Assembly (NCBI GenBank): GCA_049288525.1
Contig: JBAQHW010000144.1
Coordinates: 776 to 64,775, forward strand
From: Xanthobacteraceae bacterium
Lineage (GTDB): Bacteria; Pseudomonadota; Alphaproteobacteria; Rhizobiales; Xanthobacteraceae
DNA: 64,000 nt
Reading direction: 5' to 3'
The notes beneath the pieces were generated by a model, which was given only the letters and a program-made list of their open reading frames with translations, made no database searches and was not told the DNA's origin. Every line of letters starts with the position of its first letter. The first letter of the stretch is position 1. Of this stretch, positions 47,452-57,209 are shown piece after piece. The position numbers and the translations under genes were made by a program.

Positions 47452-47606
47452 GTAGCGAAAAGCACGTGGGTGACAAATCGTCCGCCGCCTAGCATATCCC
47501 TTGGCAAGACCTGCACCTTCATTATAGTCGGCGCCGCAAACGCGCGGGCAGCAGAAAGGAATTTTGCGGCCGAAAGACGCGTTGGGTCAGACGGAGGGAT
47601 GGGACA

Positions 47607-48632
47607 ATGTCTGGACATACGAACGCAGTCCGGGCCGGCAGAGGCCTGACGCTTGCTGCGGCCGCCGCGCTCGGTTTTTTTGCGCTGGCCGTTCCGGCCA
47701 ACGCGGCCAATTTCGTCTTGAAGTTCGGCACCGCGACGATGAACGAGACGCAGCATCAGTTCATCAAGTTCTACAAGGAAGAAGTCGAAAAGGACTCCGG
47801 CGGCCGCATCGAGGTGCAAATCTACCCCGCGAGCCAGTTGGGGCCGATCCCGTCCGAAATTCAGGGCGTCCAGCTCGGCACCGTGCAGGGCTATATCGGA
47901 CCGGTCGATTTCTTTGTCGGCGTCGATCCGCGTTTCGGCGTATTCTCGGCGCCGATGCTGTTCAAGAGCAACGAGAATGCCATCGCCACGGTTCAAGACC
48001 CGGCGATCCAGAAGGCGATGTTCGACATGGCGGCACCGAAGCGCATGGTCGGCATCGCCACCATGAATATCGGTGCGTCCGACTACGGCGCCAAGAAAGG
48101 CATCATGCGGCTGTCGGATTTCCAGGGCAAGAAACTGCGTATCAACGGCACCGAGCTCGAACGCGAGAAGATGGCGGCGCTCGGCGCCACCGGCATCGGC
48201 ATGCCGCTGTCGGACGTGGTGCCTGCGCTCGATCAAGGCACGATCGACGGTACGATTTCCGGTCTGTCGGTGTTCGTCGCCTTCAAGATGAACGATCTGC
48301 TCAAGGTGATTACCGTCACCAACGACACCTATATCATCTCGCTCGCGGTCATCAGCAAACCGTGGTTCGATACCCTGCCGCCGGATTTGCAGAAGATCGT
48401 CACTGACGACGGCGCCAAGGTGCAAGCCAAGGCGCAAGCCTGGAACGTCGACTTTACCAAAAACCTGGTGAACACCTGGACCAAGCTCGGCGGCACCGTG
48501 CATACGCTGCCCCCCGACGACCTCACCAAGCTGAAGACGCTGCTCGATCCGGTCGCCGACCAGGCGACCAAGGGTCAGCCCGCAGTGCATGACATGCTGC
48601 AAATGGTGCGCGCGGCCGTCGCCAGACACTGA
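47607..48632 (+). CDS. dctP: TRAP transporter substrate-binding protein (DctP family)
   Basis: Signal peptide followed by a DctP-family fold (KFGTATMNETQHQFIKFYKEEVEKDSGGRIEVQIYPASQLG). Confidence 0.88.
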   Translation: MSGHTNAVRAGRGLTLAAAAALGFFALAVPANAANFVLKFGTATMNETQHQFIKFYKEEVEKDSGGRIEVQIYPASQLGPIPSEIQGVQLGTVQGYIGPVDFFVGVDPRFGVFSAPMLFKSNENAIATVQDPAIQKAMFDMAAPKRMVGIATMNIGASDYGAKKGIMRLSDFQGKKLRINGTELEREKMAALGATGIGMPLSDVVPALDQGTIDGTISGLSVFVAFKMNDLLKVITVTNDTYIISLAVISKPWFDTLPPDLQKIVTDDGAKVQAKAQAWNVDFTKNLVNTWTKLGGTVHTLPPDDLTKLKTLLDPVADQATKGQPAVHDMLQMVRAAVARH

Positions 48633-48783
48633 AACCTTCTTCCGTTTCCCGGACGCGGTGCACGCGAGAGCCGTGCACCGCCGATCCGGGATCGTCACAG
48701 GCCGAGTTTCCAACGATCCCAGTTCTGCGGGGCAGCACTTTGTGCCGTGCCGCGCCCGGGAAACAGAGTCGGCAGGCAGGCTG

Positions 48784-49299
48784 ATGATCGACATCCTCAG
48801 ACGCCTCGCGAACGCGCTCGTCGCTGTGCTGCGCGTCGCCGCCGGCACCATGCTGATGCTGAGCGTCGCCATCAACTTCGCCAACATCATCGGCCGCTAC
48901 GTCTTCTCGGTGTCGTTGTATTGGGCCGAGGAGGCGATGCTGTTCTTGATGATCGGCTGCGTCTTTCTCGGCGCCAGCCAGGCCGGCTGGCTCGGCCGCC
49001 ACATTCGCATGGACGTGGTCATCTCGCTGCTGCCGCCGCGCGCGCGCAAGGTTTTCGACGTGCTCGCCGATCTCATCACCATCGCCACCTGCGTCGCGGT
49101 CGCAGTCTTCGCCTGGCCGGTCATGACCATGTTCTACGAGCTCGATCAGCGCAGCGAGACCGCGAACATCCCCCTCGTCATTCCGCAGTCCGCCGTGCCG
49201 ATCGGCGTGCTGCTGACGGCGCTGTTGATCGCGGCGCGGCTCATCGCCGTCGACACTCGCCACGACGACAGCGTCGCGGGCCGGGATCTCGAGCGCTGA
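48784..49299 (+). CDS. dctQ: TRAP transporter small permease (DctQ family)
   Basis: 171 aa, 4 TM, sitting between the DctP and DctM genes. Start set at ATG 48784. Confidence 0.8.
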   Translation: MIDILRRLANALVAVLRVAAGTMLMLSVAINFANIIGRYVFSVSLYWAEEAMLFLMIGCVFLGASQAGWLGRHIRMDVVISLLPPRARKVFDVLADLITIATCVAVAVFAWPVMTMFYELDQRSETANIPLVIPQSAVPIGVLLTALLIAARLIAVDTRHDDSVAGRDLER

Positions 49300-49300
49300 A

Positions 49301-50578
49301 ATGTCAACCTTCGTCTATTTCATCCTGCCGCTGATTCTACTGATGCTCGGCCTGCCGATCTTCGTCGTGCTACTGCTGACCTCGTTCGCCGCGATCGTAT
49401 TCGTCGCCCACGTGCCGACCGATGCCGTGCAGACTTATATGTTCGGCAGCCTCGACAATTTTCCGCTGTTGGCGGTGCCGTTCTTCGTGCTCGCCGGGGA
49501 GATCATGGGTAAGGGCGGCATCGCCGACCGCGTCGTGAACTGGGTGGTCTCGATCATCGGCGGGGTGCGCGGTTCGCTGGCGGTGACCACGGTCGCCTCG
49601 TCCGAACTGTTCGGCGCGATGGCGCATACTTCGGTCGGCACCGTGGTCGCCATCGGCCGGCTGTTGTTCCCTTCCCTGACCAAGCACGGCTATAGCGAGC
49701 GTTTCGCCATCAGCCTGATCACCTCGTCGGGCGCGGTTGCGGTGATCATCCCGCCGTCGATCGCGATGATCCTCTACGCCATGACCGCAGAGGTCTCGGC
49801 GATCAAGCTGTTCACCGCCGGCATTCTGCCGAGCCTTTTGATCGGCATCGTCGACGCCGTCTACGTCATGGTCTACGCCAAGATAAAAATGGTGCCGCTG
49901 TCGGCGCCGGCGCGCTGGAGGAATATCTGGGCCTCGACCAAGGACGCGAGCTGGGCGATCGGCACGCTGGTCGTGATTTTCGGCGGCATTTACGGCGGCG
50001 TCTTCACGCCGACGGAAGCCGCGGGCGTGGCCGTTGTCTATTCGCTGTTCGTGGCGATGGCGGTCTACCGCACCGTCGGCCTGACCGAGCTGTGGCAGAT
50101 CATCGGCAGTTCGGTGGTGCTGATCGGCCAGATCCTGATCATCGTCACCTCGGCCGGCGTCTATTCCTGGCTGATGACCACGAGCGGCATTCCGCAACGC
50201 CTGATCCACGGCATCGAGGCGATGCACCTGCCGCACTGGCAGACGCTACTCGCCGTCAATGCCGGCCTGCTCCTGGCCGGCAGCTTCCTCGAGCCGGCGC
50301 CGGCAATCCTGGTGCTGACGCCGCTCTTGCTGCCGATCGTGGAGGCGGCCGGCATCGATGCCATCCACTTCGGCATCATCATGGCCGTCAATCTGTCGAT
50401 TGGTCTTTACATGCCGCCGTTCGGTCTGAACCTGTTCGCCGCGCGCGCCATCTTCAACGTGCCGATGAGCGTCATCTACCGCGGCGTGCTGCCATTCGTG
50501 CTGCTCAATTTCCTGGCGCTATTGGTCATCACCTACGTGCCGGCGGTTTCGACCGTGCTGATCGGCGGCGGGCATTAA
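49301..50578 (+). CDS. dctM: TRAP transporter large permease (DctM family)
   Basis: 425 aa, about 12 TM, with a typical DctM N-terminus. It starts 2 nt after the dctQ stop. Confidence 0.88.
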   Translation: MSTFVYFILPLILLMLGLPIFVVLLLTSFAAIVFVAHVPTDAVQTYMFGSLDNFPLLAVPFFVLAGEIMGKGGIADRVVNWVVSIIGGVRGSLAVTTVASSELFGAMAHTSVGTVVAIGRLLFPSLTKHGYSERFAISLITSSGAVAVIIPPSIAMILYAMTAEVSAIKLFTAGILPSLLIGIVDAVYVMVYAKIKMVPLSAPARWRNIWASTKDASWAIGTLVVIFGGIYGGVFTPTEAAGVAVVYSLFVAMAVYRTVGLTELWQIIGSSVVLIGQILIIVTSAGVYSWLMTTSGIPQRLIHGIEAMHLPHWQTLLAVNAGLLLAGSFLEPAPAILVLTPLLLPIVEAAGIDAIHFGIIMAVNLSIGLYMPPFGLNLFAARAIFNVPMSVIYRGVLPFVLLNFLALLVITYVPAVSTVLIGGGH

Positions 50579-50822
50579 CACAGTAAGCCGCGCCGGTCTT
50601 TCGACCAGCTGTCACGGGCGCGGCTGAGAATTGTTCCGACAACCGATCACAACTCATTGTGATGCCCACGGCAAAATCCAAAGCCGAATCCATTCGTAGC
50701 TACGTTGTGCGGCAACCCGAAACGACCCATCCGTTGCGCGCACACGGGCGGAACATCGGCGGTCCTGCCGACCGATGGGCCCTATCAGCACGAATGTGCA
50801 GAAAACCAGAATAGGAGCCACT

Positions 50823-51371
50823 ATGAAACGATCGATGATTCTTGCAGCCGGCGTCGCCATGACCGTGGCGTTGTCGGCCCCGGCATTCGCCACCATGATG
50901 GTCGGCGGGGCGCCGATGTATCCGTCGCGCAACATCATTCAAAACGCCGTGCACTCGAAAGAGCACACAACTTTGGTGTCTGCCGTGAAAGAGGCCGGTT
51001 TGGTGAAGACGCTCGAAGGCCCGGGCCCATTTACGGTATTTGCGCCGACCAATCGCGCCTTTGACAAATTGCCGCACGCCACCGTGGCAGGGCTCATGAA
51101 GCCGAGCAAGAAAGGCGAGCTTAAGAGCATTCTGACCTACCACGTGCTGCCCGGGCGCTACACGACCCAGAAGCTCAAGGATGAGATTCGGGCCGACGGT
51201 GGCAAAGCCACAATCAATACGGTTGAAGGCGAACCGCTGACGTTCACCGAGCACGACGGCCACATCCGCATTACCGACGAAAAGGGCGATGTCGCCGAAA
51301 TAACGCAGGGCAACGTCATGCAATCGAACGGCGTCATCCAGGTTGTAAACTCCGTGCTGATGCCGAGCTAA
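50823..51371 (+). CDS. Secreted fasciclin (FAS1) domain protein
   Basis: Signal peptide plus FAS1 motifs (GPGPFTVFAPTNRAFDKLP, LTYHVLPG, VIQVVNSVLMP). Confidence 0.85.
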   Translation: MKRSMILAAGVAMTVALSAPAFATMMVGGAPMYPSRNIIQNAVHSKEHTTLVSAVKEAGLVKTLEGPGPFTVFAPTNRAFDKLPHATVAGLMKPSKKGELKSILTYHVLPGRYTTQKLKDEIRADGGKATINTVEGEPLTFTEHDGHIRITDEKGDVAEITQGNVMQSNGVIQVVNSVLMPS

Positions 51372-51433
51372 CGACCACAACCATCGTGGAACCCGCCGCC
51401 AAACGGCGGGTTCCTTCCTGTTGGAGGACGATC

Positions 51434-52300
51434 ATGAGCGACTTTGCGGGACCCTCCAACGAAACCGAACGCGATACCGCCGACCGGGGTGACTTGGTTT
51501 ATCGGCACAGTGCGACCGTGCGACTCACCCATTGGATCGGCGGTCTCTGCATGGCAATTCTGCTGATGAGCGGACTGCAAATACTCAATGCCCATCCGGC
51601 GCTTTATCTTGGTCAGGCCTCGGACTTCGCTCATCCGATCGCCTCCATCGGCACCGCACAACGAGGCGGCAGGGAAATCGGCATCACGACAATTTTCGGA
51701 CACAGCTTCAATACCACCGGCGCTCTCGGCCTCTCTGGCAGTTCCGATACGAACGAACGCGCATTTCCGTCGTGGATCACACTCCCGGGGTATCAAGATC
51801 TGGCCACTGGGCGGCGCTGGCACTTTTTCTTCGCCTGGCTGTTCGTTTTCAACGGTGCACTTTATCTGCTGTACAGCCTGGCGAGCGGCCACGTTTGGCA
51901 CGATCTGATCCCGTCCCGGCGGCAATTGCGCCGCATCGGCAACTCGGTGCTCGATCACCTTCGGCTTCGCTTTCCGCGCGGCGACGAGGCTAAGCGTTAT
52001 AATGTGCTACAGCGGCTGACTTATCTGGCGATCGTCTTTGTCGTTCTGCCGCTGCTAGTCCTCACCGGCTTGACGATGTCGCCGGGTCTCGACGCGGCAT
52101 TCCCGTTTCTGACCGCTATTTTCGGCGGCCGGCAGACCGCCAGGACCATTCATTTCATCTGCGCATTTCTGCTCGTCGGCTTCGTCGTCGTGCATGTCAC
52201 CATGGTGCTGGTGTCGGGCGCCTGGAACAACATGCGCTCGATGATCACCGGCTGGTATGCAATCGAACCGGAAAGAGTACGTCATGACGAAGCCGCTTGA
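51434..52300 (+). CDS. Membrane cytochrome b (Ni/Fe-hydrogenase b-type cytochrome / PhsC-like family)
   Basis: VRLTHWIGGLCMAILLMSGLQI, 4-5 TM, conserved His residues. GGAGGA RBS before ATG 51434. Confidence 0.75.
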   Translation: MSDFAGPSNETERDTADRGDLVYRHSATVRLTHWIGGLCMAILLMSGLQILNAHPALYLGQASDFAHPIASIGTAQRGGREIGITTIFGHSFNTTGALGLSGSSDTNERAFPSWITLPGYQDLATGRRWHFFFAWLFVFNGALYLLYSLASGHVWHDLIPSRRQLRRIGNSVLDHLRLRFPRGDEAKRYNVLQRLTYLAIVFVVLPLLVLTGLTMSPGLDAAFPFLTAIFGGRQTARTIHFICAFLLVGFVVVHVTMVLVSGAWNNMRSMITGWYAIEPERVRHDEAA

Positions 52301-53060
52301 CCGTAGAAGGCTCCTGGCGCGCACGGCCGCAATATTGGGCGCGCTGCCGCTCGCCGGCTGCGATCTTGGATCGCAGAACCCGACGGTTGATAAGATTTTA
52401 GATAGCGCCGAGGCGCTGACGGAACGGGCGCAACGAGCAGTCTTGAGCCAGAAATCGATGGCGCGCGAATATCCGGAGGCCGATATTTCGAAGCATTTTC
52501 GCGCCAACGGCTCGACCGATCCCGACGATCCGGGCTATCGCGCGTTGGTCCAGTCCGGCTTTAAGGATTGGCGGCTCGAAGTCGGCGGTCTTGTCGACAA
52601 TCCGATAGCTCTATCGCTCGGCGACCTGCGCACGCTGCCGTCGCGCACGCAGATCACGCGTCACGACTGCGTCGAAGGCTGGAGTTGCATCGGCAAGTGG
52701 ACCGGCGTGCCGCTCGGCACGGTGCTCAAACGCGCCGGTCTCAAGCCGAACGCCAAATATATTGTGTTTTATTGCGCCGACAGTCTCGGCCAATCGCTCG
52801 ATCAATCCAATCAGTATTACGAGAGCATCGACCTCTTTGACGCATTCCATCCGCAGACCATCCTCGCTTATGACATGAACGGCGCACCGCTGACGGTTCC
52901 CTATGGCGCGCCGTTGCGCGTGCGCGTCGAACGCCAGCTCGGCTACAAAATGGCGAAATACATCATGAAAATCGCGGCGGTCGAGAGCTTCGCGAATATC
53001 GCGGGCGGTCACGGCAGCTATTGGGCCGACCGCGGCTATGAATGGTACGCCGGAATTTGA
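52284..53060 (+). CDS. Molybdopterin-dependent oxidoreductase (sulfite-oxidase/YedY-like fold) with a Tat/lipoprotein-like leader
   Basis: The leader has RRRLL...LPLAGC. The Mo-domain pattern is ITRHDCVEGWSCIGKWTGVPL...GAPLRVRVERQLGYKMAKYI. It is paired with the cytochrome b gene. Confidence 0.8.
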   Translation: MTKPLDRRRLLARTAAILGALPLAGCDLGSQNPTVDKILDSAEALTERAQRAVLSQKSMAREYPEADISKHFRANGSTDPDDPGYRALVQSGFKDWRLEVGGLVDNPIALSLGDLRTLPSRTQITRHDCVEGWSCIGKWTGVPLGTVLKRAGLKPNAKYIVFYCADSLGQSLDQSNQYYESIDLFDAFHPQTILAYDMNGAPLTVPYGAPLRVRVERQLGYKMAKYIMKIAAVESFANIAGGHGSYWADRGYEWYAGI

Positions 53061-53067
53061 TCCGCGC

Positions 53068-53085
53068 GCGGCGCTTTCGCGCCGC
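53068..53085 (+). terminator. Possible terminator hairpin after the Mo-oxidoreductase gene
   Basis: GCGGCGC-TTTC-GCGCCGC lies 8 nt after the stop. The downstream T-tract is weak (CACCTCTTC). Confidence 0.35.
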
Positions 53086-53105
53086 CACCTCTTCGGCGAT
53101 AGGCG

Positions 53106-53195
53106 TCAGATGACGTTTCTATTGAAATAAATCGAACCCCACAGCACCATGGCCCAAACCGCAGCAAGCATAACAAGCGCCCCAATAGCAATCAT
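53106..53195 (-). CDS. Candidate 29-aa hydrophobic micro-protein
   Basis: My own translation is MIAIGALVMLAAVWAMVLWGSIYFNRNVI. GGGGGA lies 5 nt upstream of ATG 53195. It predicts one TM helix. It is below the track's size cutoff, and there is no homology evidence. Confidence 0.3.
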   Translation of the reverse strand: MIAIGALVMLAAVWAMVLWGSIYFNRNVI

Positions 53196-53426
53196 TGGAT
53201 TCCCCCGCTCGATAGACGGTCCACCTGGATTTCAGTTTTTTCTTGTTGGTCGGCGGCGCTGCCGCCGTAATTGTTTTTGGACGTGCCGATCCGCATCGCC
53301 CTTTTGAAAGGACCACAGCGTGGACTCGACCGTTACAGCTTTCACCTGTTGCCGCGGCTAAGCAAGCCGGCAGGCGTGCGCTGCAACATAAACCTGGGAT
53401 TTAAGCGGCGCGGTGCGTGACGCGCG

Positions 53427-54257
53427 TCACGCCGGCGCAAGCGCTGGCGCAAGGACAGTCGGCGCTTGCGGCAACGGCGTCTGCAACGTCTCGGCAATAA
53501 AGGCGTCGACGTCGCGCAACACGGGCACGAATTCGCGCAAGATCGGCGCGAGCGCGGCGACGATAATAAAATGCCCAACCCGCCGGTAGCTCTTGACGGT
53601 GGCGGCGTTGCCGGCGGCGACCAGTCGCGCTGCGAGCCGGATGGTGTTGCCGGGCTCCACCAACCGGTCGCGGCCGCCGGTGATCAGCAAGGAGGGCGGC
53701 GCCCCCGGGGTCACGTGGAAAATCGGCTGCGTGTCGGGCCGGTCGGCACCGCCGAAAATCACTTTCAAGACTTCGTCGCGCAGCGGCATGTAATCGTAAG
53801 GACCGGCAATGCCGATCAGGCCGGCGATGTCGCGGCCGGGATCGAGCCCGACGTTACGCAGCCAGCGTGCATCGAGCGACAGCATCGCCGCAATGTGGGC
53901 GCCGGCCGAATGGCCCTTCAAAAACACTTTGCCCGGATCGCCGCCGAAGCCGGCGATGTTATCCTTGACCCAGCGCACGACCTGCGCACCGTCTTCCAAA
54001 AACTCCGGATAACGCACTTCCGGATAGATGCGATAGTCCGGCAGCACGGCGACATAGCCACGGCGCGCCAGCGCCTTGGCGACATAGCGGTAAAGCTCTT
54101 TGTTGCCGCTGCGCCAAGCGCCGCCATAGAAAAACACCACGACCGGCGCCGCCGTCGCGCCGGCCGGCCGGCAAATATCGAGCCGGTGGCGCGAATGCGC
54201 AGCGTAAGCGATCGAATGCGTAAGTTTGATGCCCGAACCCATGCGGCCGCCGAACAA
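53427..54257 (-). CDS. Alpha/beta-hydrolase (esterase), cytoplasmic-looking paralog of 41667..42608
   Basis: It shares long identical blocks with the sigma-E-operon esterase (PVVVFFYGG, PDYR.YPEVRYP.FLEDGA, GHSAGA.IAAML.LD.RWL, GPYD..PLRD). It has no lipobox. Confidence 0.85.
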   Translation of the reverse strand: MFGGRMGSGIKLTHSIAYAAHSRHRLDICRPAGATAAPVVVFFYGGAWRSGNKELYRYVAKALARRGYVAVLPDYRIYPEVRYPEFLEDGAQVVRWVKDNIAGFGGDPGKVFLKGHSAGAHIAAMLSLDARWLRNVGLDPGRDIAGLIGIAGPYDYMPLRDEVLKVIFGGADRPDTQPIFHVTPGAPPSLLITGGRDRLVEPGNTIRLAARLVAAGNAATVKSYRRVGHFIIVAALAPILREFVPVLRDVDAFIAETLQTPLPQAPTVLAPALAPA

Positions 54258-54389
54258 GCACGCGATGACGCCGAATTAATGGCGATAGCACCGATAGCGC
54301 CGGGGGCCACTCGTCTTCACCAATGATTTTATGTTAAATGCGCGGCGCGGACGTCAACAGCAGAACGTCAATACCCCCTGGAACGGACG

Positions 54390-54794
54390 ATGAGAGCTGC
54401 CCTCGCCGTCATTATACTGTGCCTGACCGGCTTAACCGCGCACGCCGAGACCGTAGAAATCGCCGGCGACTACGGCGGCTTCCTGGTGGCCTATGAAGCG
54501 AAATTCGCCAAGCTCGCAGCCGAGCATGCCGATATCCGAATCGCCGGGCCTTGCGTGTCCGCCTGCACCGTCGTCGCCAAATTCATTCCGCGCGAGGACA
54601 TTTGCGTGACGCCCAAGGGGTCGCTTGGATTCCACCAGGCAATTCCGGCGTTTGTGACGCCGACCCTGTGGAAGGACTATCCGCCGGACATCCAAACCTG
54701 GATCACGCAGAAAGGCGGCCTGACCTATTCGCTATTGTGGCTGCAGGCGCCGGAAATCTACAAATTCTTCAAGAAATGCCCGCAGGAAAATTGA
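54390..54794 (+). CDS. Exported hypothetical protein (134 aa)
   Basis: Signal peptide MRAALAVIILCLTGLTAHA and coding-like composition. I recognise no family. Confidence 0.55.
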   Translation: MRAALAVIILCLTGLTAHAETVEIAGDYGGFLVAYEAKFAKLAAEHADIRIAGPCVSACTVVAKFIPREDICVTPKGSLGFHQAIPAFVTPTLWKDYPPDIQTWITQKGGLTYSLLWLQAPEIYKFFKKCPQEN

Positions 54795-54910
54795 GGCGAC
54801 CGCGTTTCCCGGCCCTCCGCAGCGCTCCCGCTGGCGATTCATCGCAGTTTCGGAAAATTTTATCCAATCCGACGCGGCAATTTTAGATAATTTGCCCGAC
54901 ACTGCGCGCT

Positions 54911-55198
54911 ATGGGCGATTTCTGGGATAACTGGCTCGAAGCCGTGCGCTTCACTTGCGAGGCGCAAAGCGTGATTTCGGCGCGGATGATGCTCTTGGCC
55001 TCGGCGGCGCCGGACACGGCGGTCGAGGAAACCGCGCGCATGGTAACCGAAAAATTCCTCGCCTTCGCCAAGGCTGGATTGGCTGCCGAACACGCGCTGG
55101 AAGAGGGACTTGGCTTTTATGCCGCCGCCGAGCGCGCCTATGCGCCGCTGGCCGACTGCGTACACGCCAACAGCGACCGGCTGACCCGCGCCGCCTGA
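54911..55198 (+). CDS. Small helical hypothetical protein (95 aa)
   Basis: ATG-initiated ORF with coding-like codon usage that ends just before the repeat element. I recognise no family. Confidence 0.45.
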   Translation: MGDFWDNWLEAVRFTCEAQSVISARMMLLASAAPDTAVEETARMVTEKFLAFAKAGLAAEHALEEGLGFYAAAERAYAPLADCVHANSDRLTRAA

Positions 55199-55280
55199 AC
55201 CGAGCGTTTTAGCGAACCTTTTCGGAAAAACGCTTTCCGGCGTCGGACCAAGTCCGAGGGCAGCTTTTTTGGCGCATGCG

Positions 55281-55434
55281 CTAGTGGAGCGGATTTGACA
55301 TTCGCTACCCACCCAGCCGCAAACTCGTGAAGCGAATGTCAAATCCAAAAACTCCACTAGGACTGACATCTGCTAGTGGTCCTTTGATTCTAACATTCGC
55401 ATAATGGCATGCCGGACAGGGAAAGCGAATGGGG
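55281..55434. repeat. Two-module hairpin (MITE/REP-like) element, copy A, with the inner arm of module 2 degenerate
   Basis: Module 1 (55281-55360) is CTAGTGGAGCGGATTTGACATTCGCT...AGCGAATGTCAAATCCAAAAACTCCACTAG. Module 2 starts at 55373 (CTAGTGGTCCTTTGATTCTAACATTCGCA...). About 141 nt are near-identical to the reverse complement of 60067-60208. Confidence 0.9.
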
Positions 55435-55524
55435 ACGGGATGCACCCGTCCCCACTGGATCGACTGACGGTTGCCGGGAGACGACGGCAGCGCCGCTGAG
55501 AGTCGATCACTTCCGGCTGTCTAG

Positions 55525-55571
55525 AGCATGTCCCGCAAAAGTGGAAACCGGTTTTGCGAAAAGGACATGCT
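55525..55571. repeat. Nested palindromic intergenic repeat (AGCATGTCC-CGCAAAA...TTTTGCG-GGACATGCT)
   Basis: AGCATGTCCCGCAAAAGTGGAAACCGGTTTTGCGAAAAGGACATGCT resembles a dispersed Rhizobiales intergenic repeat family, from memory. Confidence 0.5.
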
Positions 55572-55587
55572 GAAACAAACAGCTAGG

Positions 55588-55621
55588 AGCGTATCCCGAT
55601 TCTGTTAAATCGGGATACGCT
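55588..55621 (-). terminator. Probable terminator hairpin downstream of degP
   Basis: A perfect 14-bp stem AGCGTATCCCGATT / AATCGGGATACGCT with a 6-nt loop, 14 nt after the degP stop. On the minus strand it is followed by CCTAGCTGTTTGTTT. Confidence 0.6.
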
Positions 55622-55634
55622 ATAGCGCCACGCG

Positions 55635-57209
55635 TTATGCCTTCTTGCCGAGCGGCAGCGCCACGAAGCGCGTGCCGTCGGCCATCTTGACCCGCATCAG
55701 CACGTCGTGCTTGCCCTGCGCCTTGGCCTCGACGAGCGCCTGGACGACATCGTGGGCGTTGGCCACCGACTTGCCGCCGACATCGAGGATCACCGCGCCG
55801 GTTTGAAAGCCGACTTCGGCCGCCGGGCCGTCGGGATCGACGCCCATGACGACGACGCCCTTATCGCCGGCGCCGGACACGTCCTTGGCCGGCGCCACTT
55901 GCAGGCCGAGATGCGGCACGCCGCTCGGCTCCGCATTCTGCCCGGTGTCGTTGCTGGCGACCTGTTCGTTGTTCGGCATCTGCGCCAGCGTCACCGACAC
56001 GGTCTGCGGCTTATCCTGACGGATGATGTCGAGTTTCACCGAGGCGTCCGGCGCCATCATGCCGATGGTACGGGCGAGGTCGCGGGCATCCTTCACCGGC
56101 GTGCCATTGACCGCCGTGATCACATCGCCGGACTGGATGCCGGCCTTGGCTGCCGGGCTGCCGCTCTGCGGCTCGTCGACCATGGCTCCTTCGGCCTTTT
56201 TCAACCCGAGGCTGTCGGCGATGCCGGTGGTCACCGGCTGGATCTGCACGCCGAGCCAGCCGCGCGTGACATGGCCATCCTTCTGCAACTCCGCCACTAC
56301 GCGCTTGGCCGTAGCGGCTGGAATATCGAAGCCGATGCCAACCGAGCCGCCGGACGGCGAGTAGATCGCGGTGTTGATGCCGATGACGTTGCCGTTGACG
56401 TTAAAGGCCGGCCCGCCGGAATTACCCTTGTTGATCGGCGCGTCGATCTGGATGTAATCGTCGTAGGGGCTTCCGCCGATATCGCGGCTCTCGGCCGAGA
56501 CGATGCCGGCTGTCACCGTGCCGCCGAGCCCGAACGGATTGCCGACCGCGACCACCCAGTCGCCGACCTTGGGCCGTTGCGAGGCAAATTTGACGTAAGG
56601 GAAATCACCTTTGCCGTCGACCTTGATCAGAGCGAGATCGGTCTTCGGATCGGTGCCGACCACCTTGGCGGTGTAGATCGTGCCGTCGGCGGTCGTCACC
56701 TGCACTGACTTGGCATGATTGACCACGTGATTGTTGGTCACCGCGTAGCCGTTCGGTGAAATGAAAAAGCCCGAGCCTTCGCCGATGATGGTCTCATGCG
56801 AGTTGGGGGCGTTCATTTGCCGGCCAAATTGGTTGCCGAATTGCTGAAAGAACTTGTAGAGCGGTGAACCGGGTTCCGCCGGAATTTGCTGCTGGTCGTT
56901 GTCGCCGTTCAATTGCTCGGCCATCGCCGGATCGGCGGAAGCGGGGATTTTAACCCGCACGGAAATCACCGCGGGTTTTACCTTGGCGACCAGATCGGCG
57001 AAGCCTTGCGGATGGGCGATCGGGCCCTGCGCCACCGGCGCGGTTTCCGCGGCATTGGCGGACGGAGTTCCGAACACGCCATTCCAATAACCGCCCGGCC
57101 CGGCAATCAGGAGCGCGCCGCCGATTGCGGCGACGGATGCCAAAAGGACGAGGCGGCGCCCCGACAGGGCTCTCACCTTTCCGGACTGAGGGGGATTTGT
57201 TTGGTTCAT
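55635..57209 (-). CDS. degP: Periplasmic serine endoprotease DegP/HtrA (Do family, two PDZ domains)
   Basis: Signal/anchor, a trypsin-like domain with GNSGGP, and two PDZ segments. 524 aa. Confidence 0.92.
   Translation of the reverse strand: MNQTNPPQSGKVRALSGRRLVLLASVAAIGGALLIAGPGGYWNGVFGTPSANAAETAPVAQGPIAHPQGFADLVAKVKPAVISVRVKIPASADPAMAEQLNGDNDQQQIPAEPGSPLYKFFQQFGNQFGRQMNAPNSHETIIGEGSGFFISPNGYAVTNNHVVNHAKSVQVTTADGTIYTAKVVGTDPKTDLALIKVDGKGDFPYVKFASQRPKVGDWVVAVGNPFGLGGTVTAGIVSAESRDIGGSPYDDYIQIDAPINKGNSGGPAFNVNGNVIGINTAIYSPSGGSVGIGFDIPAATAKRVVAELQKDGHVTRGWLGVQIQPVTTGIADSLGLKKAEGAMVDEPQSGSPAAKAGIQSGDVITAVNGTPVKDARDLARTIGMMAPDASVKLDIIRQDKPQTVSVTLAQMPNNEQVASNDTGQNAEPSGVPHLGLQVAPAKDVSGAGDKGVVVMGVDPDGPAAEVGFQTGAVILDVGGKSVANAHDVVQALVEAKAQGKHDVLMRVKMADGTRFVALPLGKKA

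Noticed and set aside
54860-55369. 169-aa minus-strand ORF
   Set aside because: It is largely a translation of repeat copy A and overlaps the better-supported plus-strand gene 54911..55198. The equivalent region of copy B is not an ORF.
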